Part shown: positions 10,927 to 20,995 of the stretch, piece after piece
How positions within the stretch are numbered: position 1 is the stretch's first letter
How the letters are laid out: every line of letters starts with the position of its first letter
Source of the DNA: Coriobacteriia bacterium
GTDB lineage: Bacteria > Actinomycetota > Coriobacteriia > Anaerosomatales > PALSA-660
Direction: 5' to 3'
NCBI GenBank assembly: GCA_030651905.1
Contig: JAUSBS010000082.1
Coordinates: forward strand, 4,322 to 68,321
Length of the DNA stretch: 64,000 bases
Notes under the pieces: generated by a model
Told to the model about the DNA's origin: nothing
Seen by the model: only the letters and a program-made list of their open reading frames with translations
Databases searched by the model: none
Program-made: the position numbers and the translations under genes

Positions 10927-12775
10927 GGGAACCGCCCGCCAGCACGATGTCGACGCCGAGGTCCTGGCACACGCCGCACCCTGTGCATCCGTCGAACGTG
11001 CAGTCCGGCGTCGTACGTCCACCCATGGCCGCCTCGCGCTCCGAGAGCAGGTAGGCGCGATCGACGCCCGCTGAGATGTGGTCCCACGGCAACGCAGCGT
11101 CCGGGTCCCGCGGGGCGGTCGCAAGCGCCGAAGCGTCCAGGCCCTCGGCCACGAACGCGTCCATCCACCGCGCGAAGGAGAAGCGCTCGGTCCACGCGTC
11201 GAAGGTGCCGCCTTCTCGCCACACCCGCTCGATCACCCGTGACAGGTCACGACCTCCCCGCGCGAGCGCGCCCTCGAGGAAGCTGACCTCGGCGTCGTGC
11301 CAGTGGAGATCGACGCCCTTTCGCGGCATCGCATCGCGCAGGATCGCCTGGCGTCGCCGCACCTCCTCCATTGGCAGCTGACCCTCCCACTGGAAGGGTG
11401 TGACCGCCTTCGGCACGAACACAGAGACCGACACACCGATGCGGATGCCTCCACGCTGGGCAGGCGGCGTCGCTTCCCGTGCCGCGTCGAGGACCTTCCA
11501 CGCGAGCGCCCCGATGCCGCGCACGTCGTCATCGGTCTCGGTCGGCAGCCCGCACATGAAGTAGAGCTTCACCCGACGCCAGCCGGCACCGAAAGCGACC
11601 CGCACCGTTGCGAGCAGGTCCTCCTCGGAGACGTTCTTGTTGATGACGTCACGCAAGCGCTGTGTACCGGCCTCAGGAGCGAAGGTGAGCCCGCTCTTCT
11701 TGCCGCCGGAGGATGCGAGCCGCGCCATCTCCACGCCGAACGCGTCGACCCGCAGCGACGGAAGCGACAGTGCCACGCCGGTTCCCCGCACCGCCGCGGA
11801 GAGGCGGCGAAGGACCTCCTCGATCCGCGAGTGGTCGGTCGTCGACAGCGAGGTGAGCGACACGTCCTCGTGACCCGTACACCGCAGCTGCGCGAGAGCG
11901 TCACGGACGATCTCGTCGGGCGTGCGCTCACGCACGGGGCGATAGACCATGCCCGCCTGGCAGAACCGGCATCCGCGGCTGCAGCCGCGCAGTATCTCCA
12001 CGCTGGCCCGGTCGTGGATCACGTCCATGAACGGCACGACGGGACACGGAGGTGTCGCGTGAGCGGAGAGGGTCTGCACGACGCGCTTCACGACGCGCGC
12101 GGGCGCCCGGCTGCCCTCGAGCGGGCGGGCGGGGACGTCCGCGGTCGCGGGAGCGTAGAGCGAGGGCACATAGACACCCTGTACGGAGGAGAGGCGCTCC
12201 AGCACTTCAGCGCGCGACAGTCCGGCCGCCTTCGCCTCACGGTGCGCCTCGACGATGTCGGCGACCGCGTCCTCGCCTTCGCCGATGAGTATGGCGTCGA
12301 AGAACTCAGCGACCGGCTCGGGATTGAACACGCACGGTCCGCCGCCGATGACGAGCACGTCGCCGTCGGAGCGCTCGGCGGCGCGCAGCGGGACGCCCGA
12401 GAGGTCGAGCGCCTCGAGGATGTTGGTGTACGTCAGTTCGTACGGCAGCGTGATCCCGAGCAGGTCGCATTCGGCCACCGGCATGCACGACTCGAGTGTG
12501 AACAGTGGCACGCGCGCCTCGCGCATGGCGGCGCCCATGTCGACCCAGGGGACGAAGACGCGCTCGGCCGCCACGCCTTCAAGGGTGTTGAGCCGCGCGT
12601 ACAGGATCGCCAGGGCGGAGTTCGCCATGCCGAGTTCGTAGGTGTCTGGGTAGAGAAGCGCCACACGGTACGGTGCTTCAGGGCGGTGCAGCGCGCCCCA
12701 CTCCCGGTCCGTATAGCGGGCGGGCCGCTCCACACGCGCGAGGAGCGGCTCGACGACGGGCCACAGGTCCGTCAC
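10919..12775 (-). CDS. TIGR03960-family B12-binding-domain radical SAM protein
   Basis: The sequence ARYTDREWG...VALLYPDTYELGMANSALAILY is followed by the radical SAM cluster site GCSRGCRFCQAG. The start is set at GTG 12775 (VTDLWPVVEPLL), which overlaps the upstream stop as GTGA. The 806-aa track ORF is an over-extension. Confidence 0.85.
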   Translation of the reverse strand: MTDLWPVVEPLLARVERPARYTDREWGALHRPEAPYRVALLYPDTYELGMANSALAILYARLNTLEGVAAERVFVPWVDMGAAMREARVPLFTLESCMPVAECDLLGITLPYELTYTNILEALDLSGVPLRAAERSDGDVLVIGGGPCVFNPEPVAEFFDAILIGEGEDAVADIVEAHREAKAAGLSRAEVLERLSSVQGVYVPSLYAPATADVPARPLEGSRAPARVVKRVVQTLSAHATPPCPVVPFMDVIHDRASVEILRGCSRGCRFCQAGMVYRPVRERTPDEIVRDALAQLRCTGHEDVSLTSLSTTDHSRIEEVLRRLSAAVRGTGVALSLPSLRVDAFGVEMARLASSGGKKSGLTFAPEAGTQRLRDVINKNVSEEDLLATVRVAFGAGWRRVKLYFMCGLPTETDDDVRGIGALAWKVLDAAREATPPAQRGGIRIGVSVSVFVPKAVTPFQWEGQLPMEEVRRRQAILRDAMPRKGVDLHWHDAEVSFLEGALARGGRDLSRVIERVWREGGTFDAWTERFSFARWMDAFVAEGLDASALATAPRDPDAALPWDHISAGVDRAYLLSEREAAMGGRTTPDCTFDGCTGCGVCQDLGVDIVLAGGSRG

Positions 12776-13761
12776 GAGTCCCCGCCGCCGTCCTTCGACG
12801 TCACGGTGACGCTCGTCGCCGGCAGCTCGATGTAGCCGCCGGTGGGCAGCGCCTTGGGCTCGCTGCGCCGCAGGCGTCCCTTCGCCGAACTGACCGCCTT
12901 CTCGGCGCTGGCCTTGAGACCGGCCAGCATCTCGGGGACGTCCGCGCCCTGTTCGAAGTACGCGATGGCGGCGTTGCCCATCGCGAGCGTGCCCGTGTAG
13001 GCGACCCCAGCCTTGATCGCCCAGCCGAAGCCCGGCACGAGCGTGAGCGCCTGGCGGGCGAAGGCGCGGAACAGGAAGCTTCCACCGACGACGGCCGCAA
13101 GCTCTTTGACGCGCTCCGCGCCGAGCTGCTGACCGTACGCCGCGGCGATCTGCAGCAGCATCTTGCCCTGGTTCAGCGTCATGATCGGCATGTCCGTGCC
13201 CGGGATGATCGACAGGCCGCCGATCGCCGCGTTCTGCCACGCGGTGGCCTTGACCGCCTCCCGAGCGACGGTGCGGCGCACGAACTCGAAGTTGTGCGCG
13301 ATCGCGGTGTGCTTGGAGGGCAGGCGGCGCATGACCCACTCCGCGAGCGGACCGTAGAGGATCTCCGAAGCGTCGAGGCCGATGATGACGTCGTCGACCG
13401 GGTGCTCGATCAGGCGGGGCAAGGCGCCCATCTCATCGCGGACGGCCACGGCGGCCGTAGGGATGCTGTGTCGGCGCAGATCGGCCAGCGTCGGACCGAC
13501 ATCGGCACCGCCGCTGCCCACCAGGACGATCACGGCGTCGGCGGACGAGTCGACCCGCATGACGGTACCGGGCTCGATGACCTCCACGTCGACGAGCGCC
13601 TTCGACGTGCGCGGTCGGAACGACTCGCGAACGGCCTCCAGCAAGGCATCGGGTGCGTCGATCTCGACGAGCACGGCGATGCGCACCGGCAGGTCGCGCT
13701 GCTCGAGCAGCTTCGATCCCGTGTTGATCAGCGCGCGAACGTCTATCGGCAGATTCGCCAC
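12772..13761 (-). CDS. hypothetical protein, DUF697-like C-terminal half with P-loop-less GTPase-like N-terminal half
   Basis: The start is set at GTG 13761, preceded by AAGGAG about 8 nt upstream. The C-terminal IIPGTDMPIMTLNQGKMLLQIAAAYG plus two hydrophobic helices resembles DUF697. The N-terminal RIAVLVEIDAP occupies the place of a Walker A motif. Confidence 0.6.
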   Translation of the reverse strand: MANLPIDVRALINTGSKLLEQRDLPVRIAVLVEIDAPDALLEAVRESFRPRTSKALVDVEVIEPGTVMRVDSSADAVIVLVGSGGADVGPTLADLRRHSIPTAAVAVRDEMGALPRLIEHPVDDVIIGLDASEILYGPLAEWVMRRLPSKHTAIAHNFEFVRRTVAREAVKATAWQNAAIGGLSIIPGTDMPIMTLNQGKMLLQIAAAYGQQLGAERVKELAAVVGGSFLFRAFARQALTLVPGFGWAIKAGVAYTGTLAMGNAAIAYFEQGADVPEMLAGLKASAEKAVSSAKGRLRRSEPKALPTGGYIELPATSVTVTSKDGGGDS

Positions 13762-13792
13762 AGCGGATTCGCTCCTTCTTGATGGACGGCTC

Positions 13793-14911
13793 TCACGTGC
13801 CGTACCGGCGCGACCAGACGGACAGGAGCATACCCACCCCGCCGAGATTGGTGACCATCGCCGAAGCACCATAACTCATGAACGGCAGGGGGATGCCGGT
13901 GATCGGCATGAGCCCGATCGACATCCCGGTGTTCTCGACGATCTGGAAAAGCCACATCCCGATCAGCCCGGCGGCCAGGAGCGCACCGAACAGATCGCGC
14001 GCCGATGTCGAGATCGACAGGGCCGCCGCGAGCAGCGCGAGATACAGGCCCAGGAGCGTGACGGCGCCGACGAACCCGAGCTGTTCGCCGAGCACGGAGA
14101 AGATGAAGTCGGTGTGGCGCTCCGGGATGAAGTTCAGATTGGACTGCGTCCCGGCGCCGATGCCCTTGCCCGTCAACCCGCCCGACCCGATCGCGATCTT
14201 GGATTGGGCGAGGTTGTAGCCGGCGCCCTTCGGGTCGCGCGCGGGATCGATGAAGACGAGAAGGCGGTCCTTCTGGTACGGCTCGAGCGGCCCCGGTAGC
14301 GCCAGCAGCGCGCCCACGAGCAGGAAGCCGACCACCGCAGCGATCGCGAAGTACCTGCCACTAAGCCCACCCACCAGCAACATGCCGAGAGCGATGGCCA
14401 CGAACACCATGCCGGTGCCGAGGTCGGGTTGCAGCAGTATGAGCACGACGGGCAGGGATGCGTAGCCGGCCACCTTCATCACGTCGCGGGGTTCGTCGAT
14501 CTTGCCCCCGAACTCCGCGATGACCGCCGCCATCACGACGATGAAGAGGAGCTTCGCGGGCTCCGAAGGCTGGAACAGGCGCACGCCGAAGATCTCGAGC
14601 CACGAGGTGGCGCCCTTCGCCGTCGCGCCCAGACCCGGGATCCGCGGCGAGATGATGAGCAGCGCGAGCAACGTCATGAGCGGCCCGGTCCACGCCTTGA
14701 GCTTCTGGTAGTCGACGAGCCAGAGTGCTCCGAGCGGGAGGATCCCGAGCGCCACTCCGACGAGGTGGCGCTTGAACATCGCGTCATGCGCGGACATCCC
14801 CAGCGTGGCAGACCACACCATGAGAGTCCCGAAGCCCACGAGCGCGAGGCTCGCGAGGGCGAGGCCCACGTGCAGCCGACCAGTGACGCGATGCGCGAGC
14901 GACTCCCTCAC
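13793..14911 (-). CDS. rodA: SEDS-family peptidoglycan polymerase RodA
   Basis: This is a 372 aa, roughly 10-TM FtsW/RodA family protein located between mrdA and the cell-shape genes. Confidence 0.9.
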   Translation of the reverse strand: MRESLAHRVTGRLHVGLALASLALVGFGTLMVWSATLGMSAHDAMFKRHLVGVALGILPLGALWLVDYQKLKAWTGPLMTLLALLIISPRIPGLGATAKGATSWLEIFGVRLFQPSEPAKLLFIVVMAAVIAEFGGKIDEPRDVMKVAGYASLPVVLILLQPDLGTGMVFVAIALGMLLVGGLSGRYFAIAAVVGFLLVGALLALPGPLEPYQKDRLLVFIDPARDPKGAGYNLAQSKIAIGSGGLTGKGIGAGTQSNLNFIPERHTDFIFSVLGEQLGFVGAVTLLGLYLALLAAALSISTSARDLFGALLAAGLIGMWLFQIVENTGMSIGLMPITGIPLPFMSYGASAMVTNLGGVGMLLSVWSRRYGT

Positions 14912-14915
14912 GTGA

Positions 14916-16778
14916 TCACCTCGACACGTCCACCGTGTGGATGGGACGCCACTTGACGTTGAACAGCTTGCTCAGGATCTGCCGTGCGGCAGGCCCCGCG
15001 ACTGACCCGCCGTGCCCTCCTTGTTCGACCACGACGACGACGGCGTAGCGCGGGGCCTCAGCCGGTGCGTAGCAGGCGAACCACGCGAAGTCGTCCTTCT
15101 TGTTGACCTCGGCCGTACCGGTCTTGCCCGCGACCGGTATCGGGAAGCCCCGGAAGACCGCGGCCCCCGTGCCGGAGCGGGTCACGTCGAGCAGAGCGCG
15201 CTTCATGGTGGCTAGGTTGGCGGGCCGGATCGCAGGGTCGTACGCGACGGTGGGCGCGAGTTCGAGAGTCGGCTGTCCATCGGCGCCGAGCACCGATTTG
15301 AGCACATGCGGCTTCATGACCTTGCCGCCGTTCCCGAACGCGGCGTAGACGCTCGCGAGCTGCAGTGGAGTGACGAGCAGGTCACCTTGACCGATGGACA
15401 TGTTGACGGTGTCGCCGCCGAGCCACGGCTGCATCTCGGGATAGAACTTGTTGTACGCCTTCTTCCACGCCGCATCGGGAACACGCCCGGGCACTTCGCC
15501 CGGCAGATCGATCCCTGTGTCCGCACCCAGCCCGATACTGCGGGAGAACGTCTGGAGCGGCTCGCCCTTCCTTAGAAAGAACTTCTTGCCCAACTCGTAG
15601 AAGACGGTGTCGCAGCTCTGCACGATGCCGCCGGTGAAGGAGATGCCTCCGTGCCCGGCGTGGTCCCAGCACCATTTGCCCGGCTTACCCATGCCAAGCC
15701 AGAATCCCGGACAGTTGAAGGAGCTGCCCGCCGTGGCGACGCCGTTCTGGAGAGCGGCCATGCCGGTCACGGCCTTGAACGTCGATGCGGGCGCGTAGGC
15801 GGCCATGATCGCGCGGTTGTTGAGGGGGTACTCGCTCTCCTTCGCGGTGAGCTGCTTCCACTCCGCGTCGCTGATGCCGCCGAGGAAGAGCGTGGGGTCA
15901 TACGAGGGTGCGCTCGCCATGGCGATCACGCCACCGGTCTTCACGTCGAGTACGACCGCCGCGCCGGCCCGGGCCTTGCCGTAGCCTTGGCTGTGCGCCT
16001 CCGCGAGCGCATCCGCCAGAGCCTTCTCGGCGACCTTCTGGACGTCGGCGTCGATGGTGAGTACGACATCCTTGCCCGCGCGAGGCTCGCCCTCGGCAAC
16101 GATCCGCCGGACGCGACCCTTCGAGTCGACCTCGAGCCTCCGATAGCCCTTCTCGCCCTGCAGGACCTTGTCGTACTGAGACTCGATGCCCGTCTTGCCG
16201 ACGATGTCGCCGATGCGATAGTCGGGAAGCAGCTCGGCCTTGAGCTGCGCTTCCGAGATCTCACCCGTGTAGCCCAGGACGTGGGACGCGAGGATACCGC
16301 CGGGATACTCCCGCACCGCCGCGGCCTCGACCGCGACGTCCGGGAACTCCGGCGCGTGCTCGACGAGGTAGCTCACCGTCGACATCGGAACGTCGACCCG
16401 CACGACTCGAGGCGCCAGGCGCTCGCTCTTGTAGCTGGTGAGGCGCTTGATTATCTCGGTCACCGGTATGTCGATGATGGTCGAAAGCCGGGTCAGGAGC
16501 GCAGCGCTGTCCTCCCGCGAGAGGAGCGAGGGCGCGACCGTGACCGCCATGACGGGCCGGTTCGTCACCAGCGGGCGGCCTTTGACGTCGAGGATGCGTC
16601 CGCGCGAGGCGGGGATCGATACCTGACGGATCCGGTTCTCCTCGGCCTGCGCGGCGAACGACTCACCCGAGAGCACCTGCATGCTCCACAACCGCACGAG
16701 CAGGCTCCCGAGCAGTACCAGTACGATGAGGCCCAGGACCGCGAAGCGGCCCTTCAGCTGTTGCCGGAAGTTCGTCAT
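14916..16778 (-). CDS. mrdA: penicillin-binding protein 2 (elongasome transpeptidase)
   Basis: It has an N-terminal TM, a PBP dimerisation domain, and the transpeptidase motifs STFK and KTGTAE. Confidence 0.92.
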   Translation of the reverse strand: MTNFRQQLKGRFAVLGLIVLVLLGSLLVRLWSMQVLSGESFAAQAEENRIRQVSIPASRGRILDVKGRPLVTNRPVMAVTVAPSLLSREDSAALLTRLSTIIDIPVTEIIKRLTSYKSERLAPRVVRVDVPMSTVSYLVEHAPEFPDVAVEAAAVREYPGGILASHVLGYTGEISEAQLKAELLPDYRIGDIVGKTGIESQYDKVLQGEKGYRRLEVDSKGRVRRIVAEGEPRAGKDVVLTIDADVQKVAEKALADALAEAHSQGYGKARAGAAVVLDVKTGGVIAMASAPSYDPTLFLGGISDAEWKQLTAKESEYPLNNRAIMAAYAPASTFKAVTGMAALQNGVATAGSSFNCPGFWLGMGKPGKWCWDHAGHGGISFTGGIVQSCDTVFYELGKKFFLRKGEPLQTFSRSIGLGADTGIDLPGEVPGRVPDAAWKKAYNKFYPEMQPWLGGDTVNMSIGQGDLLVTPLQLASVYAAFGNGGKVMKPHVLKSVLGADGQPTLELAPTVAYDPAIRPANLATMKRALLDVTRSGTGAAVFRGFPIPVAGKTGTAEVNKKDDFAWFACYAPAEAPRYAVVVVVEQGGHGGSVAGPAARQILSKLFNVKWRPIHTVDVSR

Positions 16779-17287
16779 GCGAGACGACGGAACGACTTGA
16801 CGGTCCGGTCGCGCCGCAGAAGGCGGGTCATGAGCGGATACAGCAGCACGGCGAGCACGGTGTTGTAGACCGCGCCGGGAAGCATGATGCGGACGAGCGC
16901 CGACCAGAACGGCAGTCCGATATCGAGGACCGCCATGATGATCCCGTACGTGATCTCAGCGCCCACACTCGCGATGAAGACGACGGAGACCGGCAGCAGC
17001 CACCCCTCGGCGAACATGTGCGCGTTCATGAGCCCCGCCGTGTAGCCCGCGACGCAGAACACGAGCGCGTAGGGCCCGACGACCGAGGCCCCGAGCAGGT
17101 CGAAGAGCAGGCCTCCGATGAAGCCCGCCACGCAGCCGGTGACAGGCCCTTCAAGGAGCGCGAGTGTGACGACCACGAGGAACACGAAGTTCGGGACGAC
17201 GCCGAAGACCGCGAGCTGCGGTGCGACGGAGACTTGCAGGACGACGGCCGCGAGCAGCGCCAGTCCGGTGATCAGCGTGCGGCTCAT
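16775..17287 (-). CDS. mreD: rod shape-determining protein MreD
   Basis: This 170 aa polytopic membrane protein sits between mreC and mrdA, with 4-nt overlaps on both sides. Confidence 0.8.
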   Translation of the reverse strand: MSRTLITGLALLAAVVLQVSVAPQLAVFGVVPNFVFLVVVTLALLEGPVTGCVAGFIGGLLFDLLGASVVGPYALVFCVAGYTAGLMNAHMFAEGWLLPVSVVFIASVGAEITYGIIMAVLDIGLPFWSALVRIMLPGAVYNTVLAVLLYPLMTRLLRRDRTVKSFRRLA

Positions 17288-18147
17288 TCGGCGGCTCCAG
17301 CCTGCAGTTCGGGGGCCAGGCCGATGAGCACCAGGACCTCCTCGATGCGGTCGATCGCGACCCGGGAGACGGCGGTGACCCGCGGGAAGAGGTCCGCTTG
17401 GGGGGCCGCGACCTCGGTGACCTCGCCGACCACGACGCCCTTCGGAAAAGCGCCGCCCATCCCTGATGTCACCAGCACGTCAGCCTTGGCCGGGATCTTC
17501 TCCTTCGCCACGAAGTCGAGATTGAGCTTGCCCTCGACCGAACCGCGAACGACACCTTCGCCACGGGTCCGCTGGATCAGAACGGCGACTCCGGAGCCGG
17601 CATCGGTGATGAGACGGACCTTCGAGCTTCCAGCCGTGACCTCCACGACCTGCCCGACGAGACCGCCGGCCGCGATGACCGCAGCGCCGAGTTTGACCCC
17701 GTCGCGCGATCCGCGGTCGACGAGGATCGAGCGCTCCCACGAATCGGCCGGGCGCCCGATGACGCGTGCGCCGATCGTCTGGTAGTCCTGAGCCTGCGCG
17801 AACTTGACCAGCTCGCGGATACGCTCGTTCTCCAGCTTCGCCTCCTCCAGCGTGGCGAGGCGTGCCTTGAGCTTGTCGTTCTGGCTCTTCACGGCCAGGT
17901 ACTCGTCGCGCGACACGGCGCTGTCCGAGAGATATCCCGCCGTCGCGCGCAGAGGGGTGGTCACCCACGATCCGGCCGCCGCGAACGGCGTTCCTACCGC
18001 GAGGACGAAGCGACGAGTGCCATGGAGCGGGCCGTTGACACCCTCGCGGTACCAGACCGTCGTGATGACGAGCGATGCGACGATCAAGGCGACGAGGAGC
18101 AGGGGCCGGCCGGACCCCGGACTCACGTCGATCTCCAGTCGTTTCAT
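17284..18147 (-). CDS. mreC: rod shape-determining protein MreC
   Basis: Only the last 287 aa of the 684-aa track ORF look real. They start MKRLEIDV and contain a TM, a coiled coil (LKARLATLEEAKLENERIREL) and beta-barrel domains (GLVGQVVEV...VVTSGMGGAFPKGVVVGEV). Confidence 0.9.
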   Translation of the reverse strand: MKRLEIDVSPGSGRPLLLVALIVASLVITTVWYREGVNGPLHGTRRFVLAVGTPFAAAGSWVTTPLRATAGYLSDSAVSRDEYLAVKSQNDKLKARLATLEEAKLENERIRELVKFAQAQDYQTIGARVIGRPADSWERSILVDRGSRDGVKLGAAVIAAGGLVGQVVEVTAGSSKVRLITDAGSGVAVLIQRTRGEGVVRGSVEGKLNLDFVAKEKIPAKADVLVTSGMGGAFPKGVVVGEVTEVAAPQADLFPRVTAVSRVAIDRIEEVLVLIGLAPELQAGAAE

Positions 18148-18203
18148 CGTGTCATGCACCGCCCGACCGTCCGAAGCCGTCCCCGCACACGCGTGATGGT
18201 GCG

Positions 18204-19229
18204 CTACCGGGAGACGGTCAGGACCTTCTTGAGGACGTCGATCTCCTCGAGGGCCATGGCTGACCCGAGAACGACGTTGATGAGTGCGTTCTCCGAGACG
18301 TGCACCGGGATGCCGGTCTCGGACTTGAGGCGATCGTCGAGTCCTTTGAGCAGGGCCCCGCCGCCCGTGAGAACGACGCCGTACTCCATGATGTCGCTGG
18401 CGAGCTCGGGCGGCGTCTCTTCGAGCGTGTCCTTGACCGCCTGGATGATCGCGCCGGTGGGCTCCTCGACAGCCACGCGGATCTCCTCGGAGGAGATCTG
18501 CAGGGTACGGGGCAGCCCGGTCGAAAGGTCCCGACCTCTGACTTCGACGTCCAACTCGTCCGCGAGCGGGAAGGCCGAACCGATCTCGAACTTGATCTCC
18601 TCGGCCGTGCGCTCGCCGATGAGTACGTTGTACTCGCGCTTCACGTGGGCGACGATCGCCTCGTCGAACTCGTCCCCGCCGATGCGGATCGACTGGGCGA
18701 CCACGATGCCCCCCAGCGAGATGACCGCGACTTCCGTGGTACCGCCCCCGACGTCGACGACCATGTTCCCGGTCGGCTCCTGGATCGGCAACCCCGCACC
18801 GATCGCGGCGGCCATCGGCTCCTCGATGAGGAACGCCTGACGCGCACCGGCCTGCATCGTCGCCTCGAAGACGGCGCGCTTCTCGACCTCGGTCACGCCC
18901 GACGGGACGCAGACGACCACGCGGGGCTTGGGCTGCCATGGGAAGCGCTTCACGCGCGTCTTGTTGATGAAGTAGCGAAGCATCGCCTCGGTGACCTCGA
19001 AGTCGGCGATGACGCCGTCCTTGAGCGGGCGGATGGCGACGATCGAACCCGGCGTGCGACCCAGCATGCGCTTCGCCTCGATGCCGACCGCCAAGACACG
19101 CTTGGAGTCCTTCTCGACGGCGACGACCGACGGCTCGATGAGCACGATCCCGCGGCCGCGCACCGAGACGAGCGTGTTCGCGGTCCCGAGGTCGACGGCC
19201 ATGTCGGAGCCCCACGAGTTGAAGAACAT
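18204..19229 (-). CDS. mreB: rod shape-determining protein MreB
   Basis: It is an actin-like ATPase with [30 protein letters not shown] and VLTGGGALL. The start is at Met58 of the track ORF; GTG at 19244 is an alternative. Confidence 0.95.
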   Translation of the reverse strand: MFFNSWGSDMAVDLGTANTLVSVRGRGIVLIEPSVVAVEKDSKRVLAVGIEAKRMLGRTPGSIVAIRPLKDGVIADFEVTEAMLRYFINKTRVKRFPWQPKPRVVVCVPSGVTEVEKRAVFEATMQAGARQAFLIEEPMAAAIGAGLPIQEPTGNMVVDVGGGTTEVAVISLGGIVVAQSIRIGGDEFDEAIVAHVKREYNVLIGERTAEEIKFEIGSAFPLADELDVEVRGRDLSTGLPRTLQISSEEIRVAVEEPTGAIIQAVKDTLEETPPELASDIMEYGVVLTGGGALLKGLDDRLKSETGIPVHVSENALINVVLGSAMALEEIDVLKKVLTVSR

Positions 19230-19430
19230 GTCGATCAGCGACACGGTGTTCCTTTCGCGGACGCGCGTGCGCCCGGGTGTGAGCGTGAAGACAAGCATAC
19301 TTGCCGCGCCTGCGCGGCATCGGGTCGGCGGCACGCAAAGAACGGCCCGGAGGGTGGTCCGAACCCGGTCAAGTCTAACAGGAGCACGGTGACCGCGCAC
19401 GTCAGCGGCCTGCGGGTGGGTGTGGAGTCT

Positions 19431-20093
19431 CTACATCGCACCCATCTCGCGGATCGACGCGAAGCTGCCACCGTCACCGATGACGACGTGGTCGAGCAGC
19501 TCTATGCCGAGCACCTCTCCTGCCCTGACGAGTCGCCGGGTGAGCTGGACATCCGCACCAGACGGCGTCGGGTCGCCGCTCGGATGGTTGTGCACGACCA
19601 CCACCGACGCCGCCGAGAGCCGCACGGCCTCCTTGTACAGCTCACGGGGATGGACGATCGACGCGTTGAGGCTTCCCACCGATATCTCGACCATGCGCAG
19701 CAACTGGTTCTTCGTGTTGAGCGCCAGCGCCCAGAAGTGCTCGCGATCAAGACCGCGCATCTGCGTGGCGCACAGTGCTACGACGTCCTCGGCGGTCGAC
19801 ACGACAGGCCGGCTGGCGGCGGGCCACGATGATGCGCGGCGGCTCATCTCGAGGCACGCGAGCAGCCTCGCCGCCCCCGCGGGTCCGACGCCCGGGAGCA
19901 GCATCAGGTCCTCGGCGGTGAGTCGCCAGAAGCCGTCCGGGATCGGATGCGCATCCAGCACCGCGCGCCCGGCGTCCTCCGAGCACTCCGCCACCAGCAC
20001 GCCGACGAGCGCGGCGTCGGAGAGCGATTCCGCCCGGCCACACAGCACGACATCACGCAGTGCGTCGCGACAGACCAGCATCCTTGGCGCCAC
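19431..20093 (-). CDS. radC: RadC-family JAB/MPN domain protein
   Basis: An HhH motif (LPGVGPAGAARLL) and the JAMM-like HNHPSGDPTPSGAD motif are present. The radC-mreBCD order is classic. Confidence 0.85.
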   Translation of the reverse strand: MAPRMLVCRDALRDVVLCGRAESLSDAALVGVLVAECSEDAGRAVLDAHPIPDGFWRLTAEDLMLLPGVGPAGAARLLACLEMSRRASSWPAASRPVVSTAEDVVALCATQMRGLDREHFWALALNTKNQLLRMVEISVGSLNASIVHPRELYKEAVRLSAASVVVVHNHPSGDPTPSGADVQLTRRLVRAGEVLGIELLDHVVIGDGGSFASIREMGAM

Positions 20094-20109
20094 GAGCGCC
20101 GCCCTTCCC

Positions 20110-20661
20110 CTACGAGCCCCGGACCTCCACGTTCACGGCGAGGGGAAGGCGAAGAAGCAGGAGACGAGCGGCAAGACCGACCGACAGCCCACAGACGAGC
20201 GCGAGCGCGAGCGAGACGGGAGCGAACAGGAGTGGTGCCGGCGACCCGGTCAGCACGCTCGCCGCGATCAGTTGACCGACGACGTGGGCCGCGGCTCCCG
20301 CGACCGACCAGCCGACGACGCTGAAGCGGGATCCGCGGGTCGAGAGCGCAGCCATCACGGCCCACGCGCCGAGCGCGCCCGCGAGCGCGAGCACGAGCGA
20401 CGGACCGCCGAGCGTCCCTGCGGCGATGCCGACCACGACCACGCGCAGGACGCTGACCGCGAGCGCTTTGCGCGGACCGAGCAGCGCGAGCGCGAAGACC
20501 ACGGCTATGTTGGCGATGCCGATCCGTACACCCGGTACCGGCAGTGGTGGCAGAAGCGCGCTCTCGACCAGCCCGAGCACGGCGCCAAGCGCGACGAGCA
20601 ACCCGGCGACGGCGACCACGCGAGGTGCCCAGCTCCTAGCGGATGACGGCGTCGAGCGCAT
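20110..20661 (-). CDS. Gx transporter family protein (heptaprenyl diphosphate synthase component I-like)
   Basis: It has 5-6 TM helices and IGIANIAVVFALALLG...VVVGIAAGTLGGPSLVLALAGALGA typical of this family. The start choice (Met45 of the track ORF) is uncertain. Confidence 0.65.
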   Translation of the reverse strand: MRSTPSSARSWAPRVVAVAGLLVALGAVLGLVESALLPPLPVPGVRIGIANIAVVFALALLGPRKALAVSVLRVVVVGIAAGTLGGPSLVLALAGALGAWAVMAALSTRGSRFSVVGWSVAGAAAHVVGQLIAASVLTGSPAPLLFAPVSLALALVCGLSVGLAARLLLLRLPLAVNVEVRGS

Positions 20662-20995
20662 CGGAGCCTCCCCCCACGCGGACGGAGACCCCGTTGGGGA
20701 CGCACACGAGAGCCGCACCGGCGGCGCAGACCTGTCCCTGATGGACGCACAGCCGGTCCGGACACGGCGCATCGAGCACACTGACCGCACCATCGCGCAC
20801 CCTCAGTGTGAGTGGACCGCGGGCACCCTCGATCTCCAGCGTCCGATCGGGGCGCAGAGCGATCTGAGACGTGCCCCCCGGTCCGGTCACGACCGCCACG
20901 TCCGCCCGGCCCGCGGCAGCGAGATACGTGGCCGGCCACGCGAGCGCAGCCAGCGCCAGTACCCCCGCCACCACGAGCCGATCGCCGCGTGTCAC
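20636..20995 (-). CDS. NusG domain II-containing (DUF1312) small membrane-anchored protein
   Basis: It starts at GTG 20995 (GTGA overlap with the rnfB stop) and has an N-terminal TM. The sequence DAPCPDRLCVHQGQV...ALVCVPNGVSVRV matches the NusG_II family that usually pairs with the Gx transporter. Confidence 0.7.
   Translation of the reverse strand: MTRGDRLVVAGVLALAALAWPATYLAAAGRADVAVVTGPGGTSQIALRPDRTLEIEGARGPLTLRVRDGAVSVLDAPCPDRLCVHQGQVCAAGAALVCVPNGVSVRVGGGSDALDAVIR

Noticed and set aside
12776-13339. An N-terminal extension of about 190 aa on the radical SAM ORF (track ORF 10919-13339).
   Set aside because: The extension completely overlaps the upstream DUF697-like gene in another frame and is Arg/His-rich. 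The family-typical N-terminus VTDLWPVVEPLLARVERPARY starts at GTG 12775, which overlaps the upstream stop.
18148-19338. An N-terminal 397 aa of the 684-aa ORF containing MreC.
   Set aside because: This part overlaps mreB in another frame and is nonsense-like (RRGRRHRR...). MreC homology begins at MKRLEIDV (18147).
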